IMG/VR virus record: IMGVR_UViG_3300049793_000366
Span: 310,001 to 374,000 of that record
Length of the DNA: 64,000 nt
Reading direction: 5' to 3' (one strand)
The notes under the pieces are model-generated. The model saw only the letters and a program-made list of their open reading frames with translations. It ran no database searches and had not been told where the DNA came from. Within the stretch, counting starts at the first letter, position 1. The number at the start of each line of letters is the position of its first letter. Position numbers and translations under genes: made by a program. Shown piece by piece: positions 9,889-16,606 of the stretch.

Positions 9889-10020
9889 ATGAAAACTCTA
9901 ACAGTAAATATGAATCTAAATAATACCATGACAACGGTGGTGAATATTACGTTATGTAATATTAGACCGGAATCTGGGTTAGTTCCTATTTGCCTAAAAG
10001 AGAAAGATATCATGCGATAA
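9889..10020 (+). CDS. Attenuator leader peptide, 43 aa (MKTLTVNMNLNNTMTTVVNITLCNIRPESGLVPICLKEKDIMR)
   Basis: Translated by hand; contains the antiterminator segment; composition matches the downstream tRNA set. Confidence 0.75.
   Translation: MKTLTVNMNLNNTMTTVVNITLCNIRPESGLVPICLKEKDIMR
9970..9982 (+). promoter_or_regulatory. Antiterminator segment GAATCTGGGTT(AG)
   Basis: Exact 11-nt copy of the terminator 3' arm, complementary to AACCCAGATTC at 10045-10055. Confidence 0.8.
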
Positions 10021-10043
10021 CTTATTCACAAGCAAAAAGCTCT

Positions 10044-10076
10044 AAACCCAGATTCATAAAGAATCTGGGTTTTTTT
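10044..10076 (+). terminator. Attenuator intrinsic terminator immediately before the tRNA array
   Basis: AAACCCAGATTC-ATAAA-GAATCTGGGTTT followed by TTTT. Confidence 0.9.
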
Positions 10077-10078
10077 AT

Positions 10079-10154
10079 GCCTATATAGTCCAACAAGAGC
10101 AGAGACAGTCGGCTTAAAATCGACACAGTAAGGGTTCGAACCCCTTTATAGGCA
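10079..10154 (+). tRNA. tRNA-Leu (TAA), atypical short variable loop
   Basis: GCCTATA/TATAGGC; GTCGG-CTTAAAA-TCGAC. Confidence 0.75.
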
Positions 10155-10164
10155 CAACATATAA

Positions 10165-10236
10165 GGATCAGTAGCTCAGTGGTAGAGCAAGTGACTGTTA
10201 ATCACTAGGTCGTAGGTTCAAGCCCTACCTGGTCCT
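10165..10236 (+). tRNA. tRNA-Asn (GTT), U73 discriminator
   Basis: AGTGA-CTGTTAA-TCACT; canonical D and T arms. Confidence 0.85.
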
Positions 10237-10244
10237 CAAAAAAT

Positions 10245-10323
10245 AGGTATGTACCGAGCCACACTGATAATGTGGATATTCGTAGCGGTGTTGTAAACGT
10301 GGGTTCAAATCCCACCTTACCTA
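10245..10323 (+). tRNA. D-armless tRNA-Ile (GAT)-like RNA with expanded variable region
   Basis: Acceptor AGGTATG/CTTACCT; only 7 nt before the anticodon arm CCACA-CTGATAA-TGTGG; intact T arm. Confidence 0.6.
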
Positions 10324-10331
10324 CAAAAAAT

Positions 10332-10404
10332 GCCTGAATAGCTCAGTTGGTAGAGCGTCTGATTTGTAATCAGAAGGTCGTCGGTTCGAACCCGGCTTTA
10401 GGCT
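10332..10404 (+). tRNA. tRNA-Thr (TGT)
   Basis: Canonical cloverleaf. Confidence 0.9.
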
Positions 10405-10414
10405 CAAGTTAAAT

Positions 10415-10494
10415 GCCCAGATGGTGGAATGGTAGACACGCTGGTCTAAGAAGCCAGTGCTTTTAGCGTGAGAGTTCAAGTCTCTCTTTGGGTA
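10415..10494 (+). tRNA. tRNA-Leu (AAG)
   Basis: Type II Leu body; CTGGT-CTAAGAA-GCCAG. Confidence 0.85.
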
Positions 10495-10507
10495 CGAAAT
10501 AAAATAT

Positions 10508-10581
10508 GCACTCGTGGTCTAACGGACAAGGGCGAGAGTTTTCTAAACTCTAAGGTGGGGGTTCGATTCCCTCCGAGTGTA
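10508..10581 (+). tRNA. tRNA-Arg (TCT)
   Basis: AGAGT-TTTCTAA-ACTCT. Confidence 0.85.
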
Positions 10582-10588
10582 CAAAAAT

Positions 10589-10677
10589 TGATGATTTGCC
10601 GTAGTTGGCCGAACGGTCCAGACTGTTAATCTGGTGAGCGTTATGCTCCGTCACAGGTTCGAATCCTGTATCATCAG
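10589..10677 (+). tRNA. tRNA-Asn (GTT) with long (type II) variable arm
   Basis: TGATGAT/ATCATCA plus G73; CCAGA-CTGTTAA-TCTGG; variable hairpin GAGC-GTTAT-GCTC. Confidence 0.8.
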
Positions 10678-10682
10678 CAAAT

Positions 10683-10756
10683 AGTCGGGTAGCTCAGTTG
10701 GTTAGAGCGCCACACTGATAATGTGGAGGTCGTGGGTTCAAGTCCCGCTCCGACTA
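10683..10756 (+). tRNA. tRNA-Ile (GAT)
   Basis: Canonical cloverleaf. Confidence 0.9.
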
Positions 10757-10762
10757 CTAAAT

Positions 10763-10845
10763 GACACCATGGCCGAGTGGAGCTGAAAAGCGATAGGCAT
10801 CAGTCTGCAAAACTGATTACGGGGGTTCAAATCCCTCTGGTGTCT
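10763..10845 (+). tRNA. tRNA-Cys (GCA) with hairpin insertion in the D-loop
   Basis: U73; TCAGT-CTGCAAA-ACTGA; GCT-GAAA-AGC insertion. Confidence 0.8.
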
Positions 10846-10926
10846 CAATGGGTTCGGTTTTAGTCCGAATATGATAAGATTACCTGAGGTAGAAATACTA
10901 ATCAAGGGGCACCGAAAGAATTGAAT

Positions 10927-11011
10927 GGTTGGGTGGCGAAATTGGCAGTACGCGGTAGACTTAAAATCTACTGGTTTTAACACCGTGAGGGTTCAAGTCC
11001 CTCCCCGACTA
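10927..11011 (+). tRNA. tRNA-Leu (TAA), canonical type II
   Basis: GTAGA-CTTAAAA-TCTAC with long variable arm. Confidence 0.9.
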
Positions 11012-11018
11012 CAAATGC

Positions 11019-11093
11019 GCCTTCGTAGTCCAAACGCGCAGAGACATACGCCTTAGAAGCGTAGTGTTGTGGGTTCGAATCCCACCGAAGGTA
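11019..11093 (+). tRNA. tRNA-Leu (TAG), atypical short variable loop
   Basis: TACGC-CTTAGAA-GCGTA. Confidence 0.75.
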
Positions 11094-11104
11094 CAAACAT
11101 AAAT

Positions 11105-11176
11105 GCCCTGATGGCGTAACGGCAAGCGTTATTCTTTTACATGGAATAGGTAGTGGTTCGATTCCACTTCGGGGTA
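11105..11176 (+). tRNA. tRNA-Val (TAC), divergent
   Basis: ATTCT-TTTACAT-GGAAT. Confidence 0.7.
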
Positions 11177-11182
11177 CAAAAT

Positions 11183-11257
11183 AGTTGCATAGCTCAGTTG
11201 GTTCAGAGCATCTGCCTTACAAGCAGAGGGTCGTTGGTTCGAATCCAACTGTGACTA
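11183..11257 (+). tRNA. tRNA-Val (TAC)
   Basis: Canonical cloverleaf. Confidence 0.9.
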
Positions 11258-11265
11258 CAAAAAAT

Positions 11266-11338
11266 GCCCGTATGACGTAATCGGCAGTCGTACTTGTCTC
11301 AAAAGCAAGGTGTCTTGGTTCGAATCCAAGTATGGGTA
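11266..11338 (+). tRNA. tRNA-Leu (CAA), atypical short variable loop
   Basis: CTTGT-CTCAAAA-GCAAG. Confidence 0.75.
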
Positions 11339-11341
11339 CTA

Positions 11342-11513
11342 AACCGAAAGAGATATGTAAGGAATGACATATTCTTTCACATCAATGAAGTAATGAAGAA
11401 TATTCGAATAGTTCGGATTTACTTTGAATGTGTGGGGTGATGAGAGTGGTTAAAGACCACAAGGGATGGAAACAGTCCTGATGTTTGACAAAGCTCATCG
11501 TACTCTTTTGGTT
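11342..11513 (+). ncRNA. Multibranched ncRNA of about 170 nt inside the tRNA array
   Basis: Closing helix AACCGAAAGAG/CTCTTTTGGTT; internal stems ATATGT/ACATAT, CACAT/ATGTG, GATGAG/CTCATC, GTGGT/ACCAC. Confidence 0.65.
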
Positions 11514-11517
11514 ATTT

Positions 11518-11591
11518 AGTCACATAGCTCAGTTGGTTAGAGCATTCCCTTGACATGGGAAAGGTCACAGGTTCGAATCCTGTTGCGACTA
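11518..11591 (+). tRNA. tRNA-Val (GAC)
   Basis: TTCCC-TTGACAT-GGGAA. Confidence 0.9.
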
Positions 11592-11617
11592 CAAACATAC
11601 ATGAAGTACAAGTGTAT

Positions 11618-11691
11618 GGCGCAGTAGCTTAACTGGATATAGAGCATCTCTGTTTTAGGAGAAAGGTTTGGGTTCAAATCCCTTCTGTGTA
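11618..11691 (+). pseudogene. Degenerate tRNA (6-nt anticodon loop GTTTTA)
   Basis: D arm and GGTTCAAATCC T-loop retained; imperfect stems. Confidence 0.5.
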
Positions 11692-11699
11692 AAATATTA

Positions 11700-11783
11700 G
11701 CCGATGTGGCTCAGTGGCGACAGCACTTGCCTTGTAAGCAAGTCGTGATAAACGCATCGGGGGTTCGAGTCCCTCCATCGGCT
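11700..11783 (+). tRNA. tRNA-Thr (TGT) with long variable arm
   Basis: CTTGC-CTTGTAA-GCAAG; variable hairpin CGT-GATAA-ACG. Confidence 0.8.
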
Positions 11784-11798
11784 CATAAGAAGTGTAGT

Positions 11799-11871
11799 GC
11801 TGATATAGTTCAGTTGGTAGAACGCATCCTTGGTAGGGATGAGGTGACAGGTTCGATTCCCGTTATCAGCT
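11799..11871 (+). tRNA. tRNA-Thr (GGT)
   Basis: CATCC-TTGGTAG-GGATG. Confidence 0.85.
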
Positions 11872-11883
11872 CAAAGTAAAAAT

Positions 11884-11965
11884 GCCGTTGTGAACAGATG
11901 TGGTAATTGTGTTCGGCTCATATCCGAATTGGAAACTATTGTAGGTTCGAGTCCTACCAGCGGTA
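11884..11965 (+). tRNA. tRNA-Met or Ile2 (CAT) with enlarged variable region
   Basis: TTCGG-CTCATAT-CCGAA; 12-nt variable region. Confidence 0.75.
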
Positions 11966-12004
11966 CTAACAAATAAAAATAAACAAATAAAAAACAAGAA
12001 GACA

Positions 12005-13200
12005 ATGGGAACGAAAATTTAGACCATAAGGAACTCGGAAAGCAATTAAATCTTTTTTGCTTTTCAGAAGATGTGGGTAAGGGTCTACCACTATGGTTAC
12101 CGAAAGGTGCTATAATAAGAGAGGAATTAATTTCTTATCTTAAAAAGATACAACTCAAAATGGGTTATCAAGGAGTAGTAAGTCCACATATAGCAAATGT
12201 TAAGCTATATAAAATATCAGGACACTACGACAAGTATAAGGATCACGCATTTGGAGAGATATGTTGTCCTGGTGAAGAAAGTTATATGCTTAAACCCATG
12301 AACTGCCCTCATCATTGTCAGATTTATAAAAGTGAACCTCGTTCTTATAGAGATTTACCTTTAAGATTTGCTGAGTTTGGACAAGTATATCGGTATGAAG
12401 ATAGTGGTGCTGTTAATGGTTTATTACGAGTGCGAGGATTTTGTCAAGATGATGCTCACTTATTTTGTAGACCTGACCAAGTGAAGGTTGAAATTAACAA
12501 CATAATTAAACTCGTTCTTTATGTACTGAATGAATTTGACTTTAAAGATTTTAAAGCTCAAATATCTCTAAGAGATAGTTCTGATGATAAGTATATTGGG
12601 TCAGATGAAGTTTGGGAACAAGCGGAGTCAGCACTAATAGAAGCGGCTAAAGATAATGGATTAAACTACAATATCGAAAAAGGTGAAGCCGCGTTTTATG
12701 GTCCTAAGATAGACTTCATGGTTAAGGATTGTTTGAATAGAGAATGGCAATTAGGGTCAATACAATTAGACTATAACTTACCAGATAAGTTTGAGTTAGA
12801 ATATATTGATTCGGAAGGGAAGCCGAGTAGACCAGTTATGATTCATAGAGCGCCATTTGGTTCTTTAGAAAGATTTATAGCAATTTTACTCGAACACTAT
12901 CAAGGTAGATTACCATTTTGGTTATCACCAGAACAAGTGATGATTTTACCAATATCAGAAAAGTTTAATGATTTTTCAGATAGTATAAAGTCAAGATTAT
13001 TTGATAGCGATATCAGAGCAGTTGTAGATAGTAGGAATGAAAGATTGCCTAAAAAAATAAAAGATGCTCAATTAAATTATATCCCGTATATGATTGTGAT
13101 TGGTCAGAAAGAAGTAGATAGTGGAATTTTATCAATTCGTTCAAGAGAAGGAAAAGAAGAAAAGATTGATATTGATAGTTTCATTAAAAGTGTAAAATAA
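12005..13200 (+). CDS. thrS: Threonyl-tRNA synthetase lacking the N-terminal editing domain; start apparently needs a -1 frameshift
   Basis: KPMNCPHH, YRYEDSG, RVRGFCQDDAH, AFYGPKID, MIHRAPFGSLERF; conserved DHKELGK begins at 12022, upstream of the first in-frame start (GTG 12073); ATG 12005 is out of frame. Confidence 0.9.
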
Positions 13201-13223
13201 TAATTCCACCGAAAGGTGGATAT

Positions 13224-13296
13224 GCTCTCGTAGTTTAATGGAAAGAATCACACTTTCCTAAAGTGGCGGGTAGGGGTTCGAATCCCTTCGAGAGTA
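13224..13296 (+). tRNA. tRNA-Arg (CCT)
   Basis: GCTCTCG/CGAGAGT; CACT-TTCCTAA-AGTG. Confidence 0.8.
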
Positions 13297-13300
13297 CAAC

Positions 13301-13400
13301 GCCTGGGGAAGCTCTTAGTGGTAGGTAGCACTTCAGTAGCTTATATAACAGTCGGTTATGTGACAGGAAGAGGGTGTCGGTTCAATCCCGACCTTGGGCG
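13301..13400 (+). ncRNA. tRNA-like RNA with the anticodon loop replaced by a long hairpin
   Basis: Acceptor, D and T arms present; CTTC...GAAG encloses TTATATAAC-AGTCG-GTTATGTGA. Confidence 0.6.
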
Positions 13401-13456
13401 CAATAAAAATAGAAGATTAAATAAATTAATGTCTAATAAAAATAAAAATAGAAACA

Positions 13457-14635
13457 ATGAAAGGTTGGATAAAATCAATCAGAGAGTCCAAAGGACTACA
13501 ATTTCTCGCAGTGACGGATGGGCAACATGACCACCAGCTTACAATTAAAACAGGTGAAGCATTCATTGAGGGAAATCCGAAAGTGGGTGCTTCTTTTTTT
13601 GCAGAAGGTTTTGATTCTGTAACGCCAAGAGGTCTACCGGAGTTCGTAGTGACTAAGCTGACAATAGTTGGTGAATCAGATGATACATTTCCGATTCAAC
13701 CTAAGCATCATACGCCTGAGTTCTTAAGAAGTATTCCTGAGTTAAGGGGTAAAGCAAAAGGATTTCAAGCAACATGGAAAATCAGACATCACCTAACACA
13801 AGCGATTCATCGTTTCTTAGAAGATGAAGGTTTCTATCAGTACTACACACCGATAGTTACACACGCTGATTGTGAAGGAGCTGGTGAGACATTTGATGTA
13901 AAGAGTGATTGGATGTCAGAGAAACTAACGGTGTCTGGACAGTTACATGGTGAAGTTGGTATGATGTCTTTAGGAAAGATTTATACATTCTCACCTTGTT
14001 TCAGAGCAGAGAAGTCTTTAACTAAAAAGCACTTATCTGAATTCTGGATGATTGAACCAGAAATTGCGTTCTGTGAATTAGATGAGACAGTTGAATTTGC
14101 CGAGAAATTTGTAAAGTCAATAATTAAATATGTACTCACTAAATCAGAGTATGAATTTAAGCAACTCGGAATCGACCATCAACACCTCGAACCTCTCCTG
14201 GATAAGGATTGGAAGAAAGTAAAATATGATGAAGTATGTGAAACATTTAAGCTCACTTGGGGTCACGATATTTCATCTGAAACGGAAAAAAAGATAGTCG
14301 AGAAATGGGGACCAACATTCGTTACTGAATACCCAGAAGGATTGAAACCCTTCTATATGAAGAAAGATGGTAGAGTAGCAAAATGTTTTGATTTAATTTT
14401 CCCAGAAGTGGGTGAGTTAATCGGAGGGTCACAACGAGAAGAAGACTATGATAAAATAGTTGAGCAAATGACTCAAGCACACTTGGATCTGGATAAGATG
14501 CACTGGTATTTAGCAACACGAAAATGGGGAACAGTTCCACATTCAGGGTTCGGATTAGGTTTTGAACGTTTATTAATGTTCATCACCAAAGCAACTAAAA
14601 TTCACGATGTTATTCCTTTTCCGGTGAGCTATTAA
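13457..14635 (+). CDS. asnS: Asparaginyl-tRNA synthetase
   Basis: OB-fold KGWI, CEGAGETF, LTVSGQL, FRAEKS..KHLSEFWMIEPE, GELIGGSQRE, PHSGFGLGFER. Confidence 0.92.
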   Translation: MKGWIKSIRESKGLQFLAVTDGQHDHQLTIKTGEAFIEGNPKVGASFFAEGFDSVTPRGLPEFVVTKLTIVGESDDTFPIQPKHHTPEFLRSIPELRGKAKGFQATWKIRHHLTQAIHRFLEDEGFYQYYTPIVTHADCEGAGETFDVKSDWMSEKLTVSGQLHGEVGMMSLGKIYTFSPCFRAEKSLTKKHLSEFWMIEPEIAFCELDETVEFAEKFVKSIIKYVLTKSEYEFKQLGIDHQHLEPLLDKDWKKVKYDEVCETFKLTWGHDISSETEKKIVEKWGPTFVTEYPEGLKPFYMKKDGRVAKCFDLIFPEVGELIGGSQREEDYDKIVEQMTQAHLDLDKMHWYLATRKWGTVPHSGFGLGFERLLMFITKATKIHDVIPFPVSY

Positions 14636-14652
14636 AAAATAGTAAACTAAAA

Positions 14653-14919
14653 ATGAATAATATTAATATAACAGAAATAGTAAAGAACGGAAAAACAGAA
14701 TTAACACACGCAGTAGCAGGAGTACTCTATTATAGAACTGATACCAATACACACAGTTATATCTATGTGATTGATATGAATGATAGAGAAGATGTAGGTA
14801 CTGCTACATTCGAAGCAAGGCCAAAAACCTTATATTTGATGCGTTGGATTCGAAAGTCCATAGAGAATAATACAATAATCGTAATTAAAAAGAAATACAA
14901 TGAAACTGAATCTAAATAA
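14653..14919 (+). CDS. Hypothetical phage protein
   Basis: 88-aa ORF in the aaRS operon. Confidence 0.6.
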   Translation: MNNINITEIVKNGKTELTHAVAGVLYYRTDTNTHSYIYVIDMNDREDVGTATFEARPKTLYLMRWIRKSIENNTIIVIKKKYNETESK

Positions 14920-16075
14920 AATAAAAACAACTCCGAAAGGAATGCCCTTTGGCTTCTGTGTGTATGGGAAACCTACACCAGAAGTCCAAGCATGGGCTTC
15001 GCATTGGAATATCAAAGAGCAAGAGTCGGGTCCATATACGAATTTCATCTTACCTGATGGCTTAAGTATCGAAGAGATTTTTGAAGAAGCAAAAACATAT
15101 GAGTGGGTCGATGGTTTTAGTCCAAATTTAAATAAACATTTGCACTTAGGTCACTTATCTAATCTGATTATAGCCAAAGCAATGCAGTCAATGAGTGTAG
15201 GTAAAAACTACATAGCGATATTGGGTGATACGCTGTCTGGTCAGGTTGATAAAACAGATGCCTTGAAGAAGTATAATGAATATTGTCAGAACTTCGGGTA
15301 TAATATCAATCAACTCATTTTCGCCTCAGAACAAAAATTATCAAATGATATTTTAGTTGATGGTGATGGTGAATATACGGGAACGAAAATATTCAATATC
15401 AATGAAGACAAAGTTGTAGGAATTAAAAGCGATGGTTCAACATCCTATTTCTATCAAGATGTCTCACTTGCTCAAAAGTTAAACGCACCAACGTTGTATT
15501 TAACTGGATTTGAACAAGTGGGGCATTTTTCGTTATTGAAACAATTATTCCCGCATATAGAACACATTGGTCTTGGATTGGTAACAGTAGATGGTAAAAA
15601 GATGTCTTCATCTGAGGGTAATGTAATCTTCGCAGAGGATATTTTCAATCAACTACTTGATAAATTTAGTGGTGATGAAAAATTAGTTTGGAATGTAATA
15701 GCTGGGCAAATTTTAAAATCTACACCAAATTCTGTTAAGAATATCGATATGAAGCAAATTGAAAATGTAAAACAATCTGCTGGGTTGTATATCTCTTATA
15801 CGATGGCACGTATGTGGTCAGCGGGTATTGAATACATTGAAACTGATACTATCGAGGATCCTGCTCTTCTTTTTAAATCAATGAAAGCGAAGTTTAACTT
15901 ACAACCGAATATTCTATTCGAAGAGGTAATTGAACATTGTAAGAAAATTAATAACTTATATATAACACACAAAATAAAAGACAACGATGCTAATACAAAA
16001 TTATTTCAATCACTCACCAACGATTTGGTGACAACGACTAAAAAATTAGGATTATTTAAAATAAATAAATTATGA
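14900..16075 (+). CDS. argS: Reduced arginyl-tRNA synthetase (class I)
   Basis: FSPNLNKHLHLGHL (HIGH), KSDGSTSYFYQD, KMSS, GLYISYTMAR; only 391 aa. Confidence 0.8.
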   Translation: MKLNLNKIKTTPKGMPFGFCVYGKPTPEVQAWASHWNIKEQESGPYTNFILPDGLSIEEIFEEAKTYEWVDGFSPNLNKHLHLGHLSNLIIAKAMQSMSVGKNYIAILGDTLSGQVDKTDALKKYNEYCQNFGYNINQLIFASEQKLSNDILVDGDGEYTGTKIFNINEDKVVGIKSDGSTSYFYQDVSLAQKLNAPTLYLTGFEQVGHFSLLKQLFPHIEHIGLGLVTVDGKKMSSSEGNVIFAEDIFNQLLDKFSGDEKLVWNVIAGQILKSTPNSVKNIDMKQIENVKQSAGLYISYTMARMWSAGIEYIETDTIEDPALLFKSMKAKFNLQPNILFEEVIEHCKKINNLYITHKIKDNDANTKLFQSLTNDLVTTTKKLGLFKINKL

Positions 16076-16323
16076 AAAACAAGGATGATAATTGGTATGA
16101 AAACCAAGTCCAGGATATAAAAAAGCGTAAAAGAGCTATGTGTAAAGCCATAAGTTCATTTGCGTATGGAACTGACTTTATGGGTGGAAAACTTACTAAC
16201 AAGAGAATCAAGGAGTTAAAGAATTCACTCACAAAAGAAAAGCGAGCTGCTAAACGTTCTAATAAACAATTCGTGGAAAAATTAATAGAAGATGAGATAG
16301 AAAATTTTGAGAATTCAAAATAG
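16072..16323 (+). CDS. Basic hypothetical protein
   Basis: 83-aa ORF overlapping the argS stop. Confidence 0.55.
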   Translation: MKNKDDNWYENQVQDIKKRKRAMCKAISSFAYGTDFMGGKLTNKRIKELKNSLTKEKRAAKRSNKQFVEKLIEDEIENFENSK

Positions 16324-16362
16324 TTTTTTATCTTTGTCCGGAAATGATGAATAAAAAAGAAT

Positions 16363-16528
16363 AAACCGATTGGAGGATGCGTAATTTGGTGAGCTGGGAG
16401 AGCAGCTCCGCAAGGGTACACACTTAGGATAAGTAGAAATACTCGTCTCTATCATGGTGTGTGAAGCAGGGTTAAAACAGTTTAAGACACCCACAACCAG
16501 ATTCCTGATAAAACCAAATCCATCGGTA
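16363..16528 (+). ncRNA. Structured ncRNA candidate of about 165 nt upstream of tRNA-Arg
   Basis: ACCGAT/ATCGGT and ATTTGGT/ACCAAAT closing stems, GAGCTG/CAGCTC, CACAC/GTGTG, AGTA-GAAA-TACT; own TATCTTTG promoter at 16329. Confidence 0.6.
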
Positions 16529-16534
16529 TATTTT

Positions 16535-16606
16535 GGTCTCATAGTTAAATGGATATAACAGTAGCCTTCTAAGCTTCTATTCCAGGTTCGATTCCTGGTG
16601 AGACCA
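16535..16606 (+). tRNA. tRNA-Arg (TCT)
   Basis: GGTCTCA/TGAGACC; canonical Arg D-loop. Confidence 0.9.

Noticed and set aside
9810-10013. 67-aa minus-strand ORF
   Set aside because: Antisense shadow of the plus-strand leader peptide
10880-10900. Hammerhead ribozyme (CTGA...GAAA)
   Set aside because: Core CTGANGA is not matched and the three-stem arrangement is missing
10738-10983. 81-aa minus-strand ORF
   Set aside because: Antisense to tRNA genes
14880-14920. Arg-sensing frameshift or leader for argS
   Set aside because: argS has a normal in-frame ATG and there are no Arg codons at the overlap
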